The translations under genes and the position numbers were made by a program. Source: the human T2T-CHM13v2.0 reference genome, Homo sapiens. From it: a stretch of DNA of 64,000 nucleotides. This document shows positions 1-17,417 of this stretch, piece by piece (within the stretch, counting starts at the first letter, position 1; the number at the start of each line of letters is the position of its first letter). Where the stretch lies: assembly GCF_009914755.1 (NCBI RefSeq), contig NC_060926.1; one strand, given 5' to 3'. The notes beneath the pieces were generated by a model. The model had not been told where the DNA came from and did no database searches. It saw only the letters and a list, made by a program, of their open reading frames with translations.

Positions 1-208
1 TATGTACTGGATCAAAATTAGAGAGTTTGGTTCTAAGAGTTTGTAAGTTACACTTTTAAAGAAAGTGAATGGCAAAGTTCCAAAACTATTTCACTGTAGA
101 AAAGAATTGCTTTAATTGCATAAATACATTAGGGAGGGTATGAACAGCCCCCATGCTTCCACTATATGGCGTCTTATTTCACACTTTTTAAGGTTTACAC
201 AACAGTTA

Positions 209-349
<141 letters not shown>

Positions 350-1689
350 TTAAAATATTTCTGAGAATAAACGTATTTTAACTGCACACCTCTACAGCAC
401 ACAGTACATACAGTTCAATTCAAGTGGGGAAGGCACACCCAGACAATTATGAATAAAAGGTAAGCGCTTCTGGCAGGCTACATTAAGAAAAATCCACTAT
501 GGATGAGCAGCTGCTGGGTAGTGATTCAAATACATATTACCTACTTAAAGTACTACACATCCAGTATGAGAGCTAAAGCAAATTCCTAAGGGTTTATAAC
601 TTTTATTGCCCTTCTACATGTAAATGTTGCCCAAGAAAACACTATTTAGGTTTGATATGTCTTTTAAACAAAAAATAATACATAGAAACCTTTGAGGTCT
701 TTTCATTTAAAATGATAGGGAATTAATAAAGTACAAAAATTAATAAAGTACCTGGATCTACTGATCAGTTATGAAAATGATAGTTTGGTGATAAACATAG
801 ATGTAAAATCTCAAAGAGAATTTGTTCAAAAAGAATATCACTAAAGCCTGGCATCACAGTTGTACTAGAAGCTCATGTGAGGTTGGAAATAACTGTTTTT
901 CTTTACTATAATTAGATTAAGCCTCTATCAAAGAGTTATGGTTAATATGGATGAATAGCAGTGCACATCCTTCATTTATGAATCCTGACATTCTGTTTTC
1001 AGAACTCAGGATCAATTCTTTTTGAAAACCTTCTTTCCCTCAGAGAAGAATTCTTTTCTTACAGTTTATTTCCAAACACTTACACAACCTCATCCTCAAG
1101 CACCAGAACTATCGTTAAACTGGTAAAAATAAAGCAATGGTGGTTACTAATATTGGCTTTGGAATCAGAAGGACTTGCAAAATTTGCTATTCACTTTGCT
1201 CTGAACCTAACAAGTTCCCCTTGTTTTAAAGTGAGGCTAATCCCACTTACTTCACAGCCCTTGATAATCTTTAAGTAATATTAGGTACAACAAGCTCTTG
1301 GCACAGGACTTTAATTGCTGGCAATTAGAAAATGAAATAAAAATCAAGAAATGATATATTCTTAGGATAGGAGTTCCATTAGATAATGTTCTTCTTTTAA
1401 TTAAAAATATTTTATAATATTTATACTTAGATAATATTTCATCCTAAAGCCTCTTAACACACCAATGAGGTAGCTCTTAGCTATTTAAAACTAGTCTGAG
1501 TGTCATATTTATGGCTGGAAATAAAAATGGATGAAAAAATAGACACATAGTATGTTTTAATAAAACTTCTCTGAAAAGAGATGATATACAACTCAAAACT
1601 GCAAATATTTCCTTTTTCCTTAAGTAGTTAATTTTTTCAAGTCAGCTATATTAAGATATAATTTACTTACTAAAAAGATTACTTTTTAT

Positions 1690-2065
1690 GTTTATAGTTT
1701 GAGAAGTTTGACAAATGTATACAGTTTTGCAACTTTGAAGAGGTTGACATATGTATACAGTTACGCAACTACCATCACAGTTAAGGTATTTCCAGCACCC
1801 CAAAAGTCTCCTCAAGCCTCTTTGTAGTAAATCCCTCTGGTTATCTAATCTGGTTTCTGTTCCACATCAGACAACCAGTGGCAACCACTGATCTGGTTTC
1901 TGTTCCAATAGTTTTTCCTTTTCCAGGATGTCATATGAATGGATTCATGCAATATGTAGCCTTTATGTCTGTCTTTTAAAACTTAGTTTATAGTAATTGT
2001 GATTCATCTACGTTGTTGTGTGTATTACTAATTTGTTCCTTTTTATTGCTGACTAGTATTCCACT
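1690..2065 (-). mobile_element. Old L1M 3' fragment
   Basis: Typical L1M 3' UTR words (ggcaaccactgatctg, tgactagtattcca). Confidence 0.55.
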
Positions 2066-4771
2066 GAGAATCTGTGACATTTACATCTCCCATCCAATTT
2101 GGATGAGCCTATTTAGTTTAAGAGCTATAACAGAATTACAGCCAATGCCAATCAAATATGTAAGGTATCTTTCTTAAAAATTAAAAGTAAGCTGATAAGA
2201 AATTTGTAGAAAAATTCTCAATGGACATACATACTGTTTAAGTATATTAGCACAACATAAATATACTAATGTGAAAATACTGTGCTTATCAGTTGTCGCA
2301 GATTAGTTCTAAAACTCAGATTTGAGGAATCCCTTATGATCACACGGGAAAACCTGTATATCTCACTGAGAGATTTAAAATATGGCACCTCGCAATTCCC
2401 AGAGGTATGTCTTGTTAGAAGCTCAGAGGCGAGTGTGGGATAGAACTGTCAAGTAGAAGAGCGTTTTGGGCAGATGTACTGATGAAAAGAGAATATGATT
2501 TGTAAGGAAAAGGCAAGGTGTAAAATGAGATGGGGAAAATGTCATTGCAAGAGTAATTCTAGATCTAGAAATATAGGCTAAGATTTTTGAGGCAAAAAAG
2601 TGAATTTTGACATGCTTTTCATTTGCTGTTTTAAATGTAATATTGAGAACTGAAGAGAATACCAAAATTACTGAAAAAATACTAACAAATATCTAAAATC
2701 TAAGACTGTATCATTAAATTTTCCAAGTATAATAAAAATGAAAATTATATTTGATTTCCACTTCATTTTCTAATCACTAGCAGTTAAACTTTAATCTTAA
2801 ACCTACTTCATCTACATGTAGAGTCAAGATTTCTCCCAAGCTTTGTTCTAACATCCGTAAGTTTTGGGAGGGAGCTATTTATGCAATGTGCACGAATAAT
2901 TGATGAATTGTTTTAAAAGTTGCTACCCAAAATAGGGTATTATTAATAAAGTCTATTATCTGGATTATTTTGATCTAACAAACCAATCACCAATGTGTCA
3001 GGAAGACACTGAACTCAGAGTTTTCACAGATGTAATGTAAATTTCATTTTAATCTCTCAACATTCTGTGTGGTAGATACATATTATCTCCTGTTTCATAG
3101 GTGAGAAACCAAGGCGCTGAGAGGTTAACTGATATATCCAGATCACACAGCTACAGTGGGGCAGAATCCTCATTTCTGAATCCAAGTCCAGTGTTCCAGT
3201 GCTTTTTCCGCTAACACTAAGCATGGCTGATGATTTGGGTGAAGTTTTGTAAACACAGTGTTAACTGAATTAAGAGCTGTGGTGGTGGTGTTTTTCAACA
3301 GCAAGAGACATTTTCATTGTATTGTCACATTTCTATCCATCTTGAAACAGAGCTTATCTTTCCAAGAAAAGAACTTAGAGAGATGATTTTGCTTTGCTAA
3401 CATTTCTGGTTTCATTGATAGATTTTCACTAACTTTACATTTAAGTGTCCACACCTCTTTTTAAACTTTTTTCTGCACTCAAATAAAAAGAACACCTCTG
3501 TTCTCGTTACATAAAATTAATTGCAGTAATCCTGTAGAGATTATTATGAAAATGAAAGTGAATATATGGAGCTCGATTTCTTTGTCATTTTAAGGGTATA
3601 TAAATCTTCAGTTTCTCCACATAAAAATAATTTTGTTTCCTAGGCAGCAAATTCTTATGCATTTTGATATACGTTTTTGCTTTCATAGAAATATAAGTAA
3701 AATTTAATAATAAAAGAAAATATATTGTATTTCTTATAATAGGGAGAATGCCTTCCCCAGAGATCTTCCTCCTGCATTCACTTTAAAAACCGTATTACAC
3801 ACAAACACACACACACTCCCAAAAAAGTGAGATCAAGAAAGTGTTTGCGTGAAGCCAAAATTAAACCGACCTATTGAGTTTAAATGCCAAGAATTTCTGA
3901 AATTGATTTATTTAGGTTTATCTTGTTTTGTTCTTTGTATTTTTCAAACTATGTCAGTCTGGATTTAAGTCCTAATGAATAAAGTCCTGCGTTTATGATT
4001 TTATAAGTAGATCGCATGGAGTTAATTGGAGGCAGGCCTTGCTATGAAAAAAATTTGTGCTTTGGAGTCCAACAGATAAGTCTCCAGATCGAACGTAGCC
4101 ACGACTTACAAGCAAATTAACCTTCTGTTTTAAAAAATATATAGAGAGAGATAGTAGTCTCTATTTTCTCACTTATTGTGAGAATGATTCGGTTAGACCA
4201 AGAAAATGAAACTCGAAGAGAAACAAATTTTAAATTCTCATTAAAAGGGCTTTGAATATTGAAGTTATATTGTATAATAAGTTTAGTTAAGTTTTATATA
4301 GGTGTCATTTCCTCTAGGGAAAATATCAAAGCTAACTATGAAACAGATTAGAAGATGGTAGTAATTGAACTGTTAAAGAAAAGCAGTTATTTATATCAAA
4401 AGCTATTGGAATGAATGAAAATTATAACCATCCAGTTAAGAGATAGGATTTTCTTTCATAATTTTGTAAACAACACAAAAAAGAACAGCCTTGCCTACAA
4501 TGACAGCAAGTGCCTAAGACCAGCCCAAAAGCCATGGAAAAAAAAAGCCTTATTTTGCAATCACATCTTGAGTATTTTGCTAATAAGGCAGAAATATTAA
4601 CTGAAATCCAAGAAATTTCTTATTTAACATACTCTAGACCTTAAATACTTTAAAATATTTTTAAATCATTTAGAAACCAAAAATATTGAACTTTAAAATA
4701 TTCAAACCAAAAAAAATAAATAAATAAAGCAAGAGGTTGAAGGCCTTTTTAGATCTATTTCAATGTAAAGT

Positions 4772-4785
4772 CTGCCCTCTGCTGG
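4772..4785 (-). promoter_or_regulatory. CTCF motif
   Basis: Minus strand CCAGCAGAGGGCAG matches the CTCF core CCASYAGRKGGCRS. Confidence 0.6.
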
Positions 4786-5419
4786 AAAAAGCTAACATGG
4801 CAAGTAGTGGACAAGTAGGCATTCTTTATTCAAAGAGCTAAGCTCCATTAGGTAAAATTCAAATTGATTCTTGCTTCTATTCCTACCAGGTAGTACCTCT
4901 TCTATTTTTGGCCTAGAGGCATTTATCACCCCACAGAATATCTTTCGTTTCTTTCCCCTGGCTTCAGTCTGCCACACACTATTTTTCCCGAAAAGTGGTT
5001 TTGCATTACAGCAGGAAACGCGAGGGGAAAGGGCCTCTGTGCATATTGAGAAAGAACAGCACCAACTGCTCCTGTTCTCCTGCGAGTCAGTGGTGACAAG
5101 GTCTTTAGTCCAATTTCACTTTTCATGGTAATTTCATGTTTATTCTAGTTCTGACCTTGTGATGCATTTTAGCTTCACCTTTGCAGCTATCCCCACCTTC
5201 CCTCCAGTTTCATAATCCTCACGCCTGGAAGGTCCAAGCTACCCCGAAAGCTTGAAACATGTGTGCACGTTTGGGCACACACACAAAGACTGCATGGGCT
5301 TCTCAAGTGGGCTTACACTCATACTGCTAATAATATATATTTCCTTTCCTTTTGAAATAACTTAATCTTTTTTGAGAGGAAATAGATCACTTTTATTTTC
5401 AGCTCTATGTATATGGATC

Positions 5420-5464
5420 TACACACACACGCACGCGCGCGCGCACACACACACACACACACAC
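5420..5464. repeat. (CA)n-(CG)n-(CA)n microsatellite
   Basis: 45 bp of uninterrupted purine-pyrimidine alternation. Confidence 0.95.
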
Positions 5465-6079
5465 TCACATTTTGGTCTGTCAGATTTTCCTCTCCGTGCC
5501 AGGGAACATGTGTTCCCACAGAATGGAGAGAAGCCACCTCCACCCACCTTGCATATTCTCTCCTGGATCCAAGCTTCTAGGAAATGAGTTCCCCAACGAG
5601 AAAAATCACTCTCCTAGAGCCACAGGCCCACATGGCTATCCATGGAGCTCCTCTGCTCCTGTTTATAGAATTTCTACTGCTGAAATGTTTCTAACAGAAT
5701 TAAATTTGAATTGTGTGTAATGAGGTTGGCTTAGATTGTATCATCTATGCCCTTTAGCCTTTGCACTTAGGTTCTAATAAAGAGAGGTAGTTATTAAAGC
5801 ACAGGTTGCAAGGATAACAACACACACCAGAATGACCCATTCATTCACTGCCAGTCAGTAATGGAGGCAAAAAGTCCTAGAGTAGAGTCAGTTAATAGTG
5901 AGAAGCCAGGTAACCACATGGGAAGTAAATCTTGGCAATAACAAGGTTTGGAGACGGCAAGGTAGAATGTGAATTAGAAACCTCTTTGGCTGGTAAGCAC
6001 TTTTCAGGAAAGGCTGTAGGAGTTAAGCAAACTTAAGCAGACATGAAAGAATGGAGGGAGATACGAATACACTAAGGGT

Positions 6080-6265
6080 GCCCAGGTAAATGTTCAACAA
6101 CTGGCCCTTTGGTGGGGGGAGACAGGATTTTTAAAAGGTTTGTCAATTTCCATGGTGTAAATATTCACACCGTGGCCAATTTCCAGCATGATGTCCTGTG
6201 TGGAGCTGGAAAGAGATGTGCACACTGGGGTCTTACAAGCCAGTAAGATCCAGTTCCAGCGCTCT
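6080..6265 (-). mobile_element. MER63-like hAT DNA transposon
   Basis: ggtgtaaatattcacaccgtggccaatttcc resembles the reverse complement of the MER63 core; related to the element at 12281. Confidence 0.55.
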
Positions 6266-8023
6266 GCTAGATATATTCCTCTACCTAAGGACTTTCCTAC
6301 AATCATCATCTGAGATGATGCTTGTACACACATGCATTGTGCTGGCATTGTATAATTATCCAAATGATAAATGGTGTACTTTTAAAAGTGTGTGTGTGTG
6401 AGAAAAAGCATTGTAAAAATTACTGTTAGAGAAACTCGTTAACTTTCACTGATCTTAGAAGTCTTAAATCCTACCGCCCTCCTCCACAAATGCTCCTCTC
6501 TCATCAGACTGTTCCTCTGAACACATTTTGAGCTCTCTTGTGCTTGTGCTTTTGCTCATGATGCCTCTGAAACCTGAAATGTTGCCTGCCACTTCTATTT
6601 ACAAATCCAGCATAGTGCTCTCAAGGCTCAGATGAAATATCTGATATTCCTCATCTGGTAAGCTTTCTCTCGTCAGTCTTCCTTCTTTTACAGATCTTCT
6701 CTCTTCATCCTGTAATATAGATCTTGCATCTCTTTTACCATGGCTAGATTACAGTTTCTTTGTGGAGGCATGTCACTTGTTTTCCTTCATTAGAGTATAA
6801 ACTTTTTGAGAGTGAACGCAATTCCTCAGTGCTTGGTTCTCTCAATGATACTGTATTATCTGACCAACTCACCTCCTTCTTCCTATTTCTCTGGCTTCTG
6901 ACCTCATTCACATCCTAAAATTGTGAAGGGAAGATCTGATAGTCAAAATTAAAATCACTGCTTTTGTTAAAACTCTGCTAAAAAAACAGCTTTATGTTTG
7001 TAGTCATAAACAGATATCATGAAAATAAATCCAACATGTATTAACTGCACACTGGGGAGATTTCTTTCTGTCTTTCTGTCATAATATTTATGTCCCCATT
7101 CCTGAGGTATGAATGGTAATCCTCCTAGGACTATTATGCAACTGTAAGCCATATAACTGACCCAGATACCTCATGCTAGGTTTCAAATAAAATACAAACT
7201 TACATAATCCTTTAACAAGTACCAATATCAGTGTCAGCATCAGCATCTCTCTCTTTCTCTCAGCTCAAATTAATATGTGTCTTTTGGATTGCCTCAGTAG
7301 TACTGCTAGTTCTCAATAATTAATGATAACTAAGTTTAGAAAAATTAAAAAGTAAAGGAGTGCTCTTACTTCAAACCAGTCCTGATATAGCATGAATGAT
7401 TCTGAAACAGTCTTATTGTAAACTACTGTATCAATTATTTTTTTCCACTTAGGTTTCAAATGCTATGGTTTTATTTCTAGAGATTCTAAAAATCTCTAGA
7501 TTTCTAGAGGTTAGTGCTACAGAACATTATTCTGGTCCTCAAGTGCAAGGATAAATTTTGTGGCACTTTTACAGAAATTAGTATAGACCAAATCTAAGAT
7601 TGGACTTTAGTCTATAAAAAGGCAAAACAAAACAACAACAAAAAAAGTGCTATAACAGATTGGACCAGGGAGAAGAAGGCTGTTTTGTAAAGGTCAATTT
7701 TTAAACCCCTCCTACAGAACATGATCTATGCAAAATATATCCACAATATATTCCAAAGCATAATGTCACCGGATAAACCTAAGGAGTGGAACATATGGGG
7801 AAATATGAGAAAGAAGGTATTAAAGTCTGAAAACAAGCAGGTTGGTAAGCTCATTAGCTGGGGTGGAATTTTAAAATCTTCACGTGAACGAATATATAAA
7901 TCAAAATATACACATGCAATCACAGTCATGCGCACTGTATATTCACACATGGCACACTCTACAGTTACATTATAATCTTTCACGCTGAAACAGTGAAATT
8001 CCATTGGCTTTATAAATGTAAAG

Positions 8024-8037
8024 GCGCCCTCTGCTGG
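8024..8037 (-). promoter_or_regulatory. CTCF motif (consensus)
   Basis: Minus strand CCAGCAGAGGGCGC, a full match to the CTCF core in an AT-rich background. Confidence 0.75.
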
Positions 8038-9773
8038 CCAATCTGAGGCATTTGCATTTTCTAGTTTTCACAATAGGGCAGCTGTAACACAATGATTAAA
8101 GAAGTTTGGGGGGATTTTCTGCTCCATTCTGCATAAAAGTTTATACCAAATGCAATAAAGTTGACTTAGTTTTAAATGTCACTTAATTTCCTTTGATTTT
8201 ATTGTAATGCATTAATTCCTAAAATAGTATAATGAAAAAAGGTTAATGTGAAGTAACTATTCACTTGTTTTGACAAAGCAGCAGTAGCAGACAAAGACTG
8301 ACTGCACAACTAATTTAACTGTTCGCTTTTAGAAGTAAAATATTTGCTATATAGAAGTCAATTATTTGCTATAATTAAAATGCTTTTAATAGAAAATGAA
8401 AGCAGGCTTAGTGTCTCTCTGATGTTTCCTAGGGAAATCTGATCTAGAGAAACACCAAAGTTTTGCAGTTATCTTTTGTTATAAGACGACCAGTGACTTC
8501 AGAAAGCAGAACTATAGCATCCAGCATTAAATTGCCATTAATAGTCTGAGAACTGTTCAAATTTTGTTTAGAAATTGTTTTGGTAATTTGGAAAAGGGCA
8601 AATAAAAAATTGATATATCAATTACTAACCACTTTTTTAATGAGAAGCAATTGATTTGTAAACATAGGTGGGAGGAGGAAAAAGGACACATATCAACCCG
8701 CAAGTTTGGAGATATGATGAAATCACTCTCTAGAACAATCCACTAGAGAACTCTGATATGTCACCTCTAGTGCCAAAGGGATATGTGTTTAAAATTAGTT
8801 TCAAGGTGGGCCACTGTTACTGATGGTAGTGTGTCTTATCCATCAGATGTGTTAAGGGGTAAAAGGTGCTAAAACACACACACACACATAATCTTTGCAT
8901 TAAAGCTATAAATAATTAATATTTGCATGCACTAAGACTACTATGCACTGAGAAAATATTTGATAAACTGGTTCAGAAATAATAATTATAAATATCTTAA
9001 TTTAAAATTACAAATAATTTGAGTCTTTTCTTTATACACATAAAAATCATATTTACAGACTTTGTGACAAGTTTTTTTCAGTGCTATCTTGGCAACTATT
9101 TGAAACTTTAACCTAATATAATGGAATTCAAAATAAAGACTAAACATTATCAATATCAAGAAGATACACAAAACAAAACTACACAAATGCATATTAGAAG
9201 CTATGGAGCACTTTCACATTTACCTTGATTGTTACTTCTGTCAGAAAATGCCTATGCAGGCAAAACCCTTCCATAGTAAATTCTGCAACAAAAACTTCAA
9301 TCAAAAGAACTCAATAATTTCTCTGGACTAATGGTACTTTATAAGTTATTAATATCAGTAATTCTTAGTCCTTAAGATAACAAGGAAACAAACAGATACC
9401 TGGAATGACAGCAGCAGTCTAAAGCAAAGGTCTGAAGCAAACACACTACATTTTCATAAATAAGTGACTCTTTGCTAGTGCTCTGGAAAGGGCCAGAATG
9501 GATTAAACTAACCTGCTTTCAAATCCACATGAGAAATCCAGATATCATAAAGAACCTATGGACTAGAAGACCATTAAGATGTTTGTGAATTGGATGGATC
9601 CTCGGATTACTGTGCAGTTTACTGTATACTCTTACATGCTCTCAGACTATTATATATTTTAATACTCTGTACTACTCTTTCATGGCACTTACTAAAAGTG
9701 TAGCTATACAGTTACTACTGCTGGGCCGACACCTCCCTCAGTGGAAAGCTCCATGGGGGCTGAAGTCATTTCT

Positions 9774-10068
<295 letters not shown>

Positions 10069-10842
10069 TGACTCATTTACTCTTAATTATCTCTTACCAT
10101 CACAATCTCCAGATAGAGTCATATTAGGCTCCATGGCCATGAAGCCATTTCTGTTATGTTCCTGAGTTCACAGTATACAACAAGGTGCCTGGCACATGAT
10201 AGGAGTTTGGAAAATAGTTGTTAAATGAAAGAAGTGAAAGGAAGAGAGGGAAGGAAGTTAGGGTGAAAGGAAGGGAAGGGAAGGAGGGAGATAGAGAGGA
10301 AGGAACCCAAGAGGAAAAAAAAAAATAAAAAGCTTTTCTGTCCCCTAATATCATTATTAAAATTTTTTTCACAAGATACATCTTTAAGTTTTATACTAAG
10401 AAGTAAAAATTTAAAAAAATTTAAAACTTTGCCTTTAATTTTGTTCACTAGAAGTTCAGAGCAGATTAACTACAAGCTAATGCAATGCATTAGTCTGGTA
10501 ATCTTTGATGATAAACCCTCATTTAAGATGCAGGGTCATCTCTCAGCAGTAGCTCCATCTTCCCTTCTTTCTAGTGTGGATTTACAGAAAATGGCCAGTA
10601 ACTCATAGAGATGTCGAGTAGCTTGTAAAGGACATTTATTAAAACATGAAAACTCCACACTCAGATAGTGAATTTTGGCATTCCTATAGAATCATGATTT
10701 CTAAAGGAAGGTGCAGCTGCTCAAATGAAAAACAACAACAACAACAAAAAAAACTATCCTGTATAAGCTTTGCTATTAGCAGCAGCAGCAGCACCAGAGT
10801 TTATGAGAAAGGTGGAATCGCATTACATTAAAAAACAAACAG

Positions 10843-11163
10843 CAGCTCAAGCCTATAATCCCAGCACTTTGGGAGGCCAAGGCAGGAGGATTCCTTGAGC
10901 CCAGGAGTTTCCAGACAAGTCTTGACAACATGGTGAAACCCCATTCTCTAAAAAAAATACAAAAATTAGCTGGGTATGGTGGCGCACGCCCGTGATGCCA
11001 GCTACTTGGGAGACTGAGGTGGGAGGATCACTTGCGCCTGGGAGGTCAAGGCTGCAGTGAGCTGTGTTTGTGCCACTGTACTCCAGCCTGGGCGACAGAG
11101 AGACAGAGCAAGACCCTGTCCCCGCCTGCCCCCAGAACCCCCAAAAAAAGAAAAAGAGAAAAA
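10843..11163 (+). mobile_element. AluJ-like element
   Basis: gagcccaggagtt and gggaggtcaaggctgcagtgagc, which are J-type features. Confidence 0.9.
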
Positions 11164-11921
11164 TCCACAAACAGGCTAAAAAGCAAGCCAACTGTGAAAA
11201 AAATTGGTACTATTTATGACAATGAATTGATATCTTATATACTTAGATAGTTCATATAAGTCAGCAAAAAGAAGATGAATACCCTAATAGAAAAGTGAAT
11301 TTTAAAAGTATTGATAATTAACAAAACAAAGAGAATGAATTTGTGAAATTCTTTTTCAGCAGAAATATGAAAATGTAAATTCAAATAACGAAATACCATT
11401 TTTAATAGCAGCCAAATTGAAAAGATTGAACATGATAATATTATTCATTCTCGTAGAAGAGAATTCAGGGAAATAAGCACTCATATCCCATACTCTTGGA
11501 GAACATGTAAATTGGTACAAGTTCCTGGAGTGAGATTTGACATTAAGTATCAAATGTGTTAAAATAGTATAAATCATTTGACCCAGAAATTCCAATTATA
11601 TAATATGTTTTTAAAAAGCAAACTGTGACATAAGTACAAAGAGAGCTATCGAGGCATTATTTAAATGTTCAACAATTGGTCAATTAATCATACTGCATCC
11701 AAATGGTGGGACCATTATTTAGTCATTAAAAACCAGGCTGTAGAAGAATATTTAATGAACATAAGAGAAATGACACTATATATACACATTCAGGTATGTA
11801 AAAAGCCCAGAAGCACACATACCCAAATGTTAAGTGTAATATCCACATTCTGGGAATATTGGTGACTTCTTTGTGTGTTTCTGTGTATTACAGATTTCTT
11901 GCAATGCATGCATATTACTTA

Positions 11922-12692
<771 letters not shown>

Positions 12693-13356
12693 GCTTTAAG
12701 CAACTATTTCTTGTGAAAACAGAATAAGTCCTTTTGGCAGAGAAGGGGAGAGGTGGATTCTCCTATCACGAGCAGATTAGAAAGGGAAAAAATAATTAAA
12801 TAATTTGTTTCTGCCAGGGCTGTTTCAGTATCAAAAAGGTGGACATGGTAGTCTTCAGTCCTCACCGATTAGTTAATGCAATTCAAGCCAACCCTAGTTC
12901 AGCATCTGTTCATCTTCCTTTTTATAGCTTTGATTTTAATTTTTACGACACAGTTGAACCTCTCTGAGCCATCCCAGTTTAAACCAGAGAAAAAAAGCAA
13001 TGAATCTATTTTATTTTCAGGGTTTTGGGTGAATTAAATTGACTGATCTATTTATAAGTACTTTGAAAACCAGGAAATATAAGGCATTCTTATACTTATC
13101 TTACAATGACTATGGATTTCTTATAAATTAAAATTAGATGCAATTGTGTTCATATTTATAACACATCGATATTGGATTAGTTTTAGAAAGCATTTTGGCC
13201 AAGAATTATTTTAATTTAATCTCCTCTAAAAATATTATTTTAATATAAATGTTTACTAACCTTAATGCCCACATTTTCTCCCTCTGATTAATAGGTTCTG
13301 CCCAGTTGGTTTTTCTGGAAGTAGTAATTACTGTATTAAAGTACGTATGTGTTTCA

Positions 13357-13575
<219 letters not shown>

Positions 13576-14747
13576 TTATTGTTATTTTGAAAACAAACTA
13601 GAGGTTCCTAATAGAGATTGCCTGAATATATTTAAATACTTTGAAGTTCTGAATAGAATGTAAATTGTATTGCAATGCAAGATTTTATACAATATAAATA
13701 GCTGTTATTGTTATTTTGAAAACAAAATGGAGAGCCCGCAATAGAGATTGCTTTAATATATTTTAATATGTTGACATTTCGAAAGGCTTAGAATGTGCTT
13801 TTGTTATGGCAAGGTACTTTTAATTTTAATATGGACACAACGAGTAGTTCTTTGTAATGATTAGACTGTAGCTAAAAAAACAATATAAGCATTATGCTAA
13901 TCACAAGAAAAGTGATTTCCTGTCTGACCGTCATGTTTAGGAAGTAAGTCACTTATTCAGTGACACAAAGTTACATTTAAGGCTGAATTAATGAAAATGC
14001 AAATTTGGTAGTTTTCTTTAGCTTTGCTCTTGCCATTTTGTTTCCTCACTGTGTGTTCTGCACGAGACGTACATCTGCTTTAATGTCAGCCTATATTCAT
14101 GTATTCTGAATTTCTGGGGATTTTTAAAACATTTAATGAAATATTTTGTGCCCCTCTTTTCTTCTTTCCTCCATTCCTCACTTCCAGCTTTTCTTACTTC
14201 AACTACATGTAATGGGTATTTTATTAAGGGCTTATGTGGGTTAAAAAGAAAATCAAGAGTTTTTGCCTTTATGAAGCTGCAATCTGTCAGAGAAGACTGA
14301 TGCCATAAGGAAAATTTTCTAACGTATCATTTTTTATTATCTCATCTTAAAGAACCCAGTGAAAATGTGCCCCACTTTGTATGGAAAATTTCCTAAAGAA
14401 AACTGTTGTGACTTTGGACAAGAAGAAAACTTGGCAATGTTTGCAGTTAGATATTAAGTACATTAGGGACTATTATAATAGTTAATTTATTTTGCACTCA
14501 CAATATAAATACTTTACATACATTAAGTTATTTAAGTCTCAAAATAAACCTAGATGGTAAGTAATATTATTGTCTCCATTTTACTGAGGTGATAAGTAAT
14601 ATTATTATCTCCATTTTACTGAGGAGTAAACTGAGGCATAGAGAAGTCGAGAACCTGGCCAAAGGTCACACATTCAAGGAAGGAGCCTGGATTTGATAAG
14701 CATCAGGATCCGATATGTATCAGGACCCAGAGTCTAAGCTCCTACAG

Positions 14748-16765
<2,018 letters not shown>

Positions 16766-17354
16766 ATTAGTTAGGGTCACCAGAACAAAACTGCAATGAT
16801 TATAATTAATTAATAGTTAACTTTCAATTTGTCTTTCATATGATATTTTTGGAAACATAGGATGCATACTACGAAAAGAAAAATAAGATAGCAGTTTAAG
16901 TGAGATTTACAAATAATGTAGGAGAAGGAGCTATAAAATGTTATGTTATTACTATTATTGAATGCTGTTTAAAATCTCACATTAGGTAAGGTTGAGATAT
17001 ATTGACAAAACAATCCTTTTATCAAATGCTTAATACATTGCTTAAAATGTATAAAAATGTTCAGAAGAATATGCAGCAGATTTTTTATAACCACTAAAAT
17101 ACTTTCTTCCAATGTATTTGTGTATATTTAATGTTACATAATCTTGATAAAATTTCTGGTAGTCATATTGTTTTTAAAATAAGGTAGTAGAAAGAGTGTT
17201 GGTTGGATGAAAAATGGTCTTTGATCAGTTGATATTTTCCCAGGCATCAATTTCCTCATTTGTTAAGGTGATAAAATAGATGATCTATCACATATGTTCC
17301 ACTCTTAAAATTTTGATTCTAAAAATCTTGGTGTTTAGCATTGTGTCTTTCTGC

Positions 17355-17360
17355 TTTATT
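17355..17360 (-). terminator. Candidate intronic poly(A) signal in IFIH1 intron 2
   Basis: AATAAA on the minus strand 13 nt after the TAG (tandem TAG-TGA) that closes the exon 2 read-through frame. Confidence 0.55.
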
Positions 17361-17417
17361 GAATTCTCAATCACTAGGCAGAATTTGAAGAATCTTCCTC
17401 AGTAAAATTACAAATAC

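Noticed and set aside
14558-14623. 32-bp direct repeat, and similar short pairs at 721, 1848, 20797, 28624, 33748, 58688 and 62261
   Set aside because: Two-copy slippage duplications; no repeat-spacer array, so not CRISPR-like.
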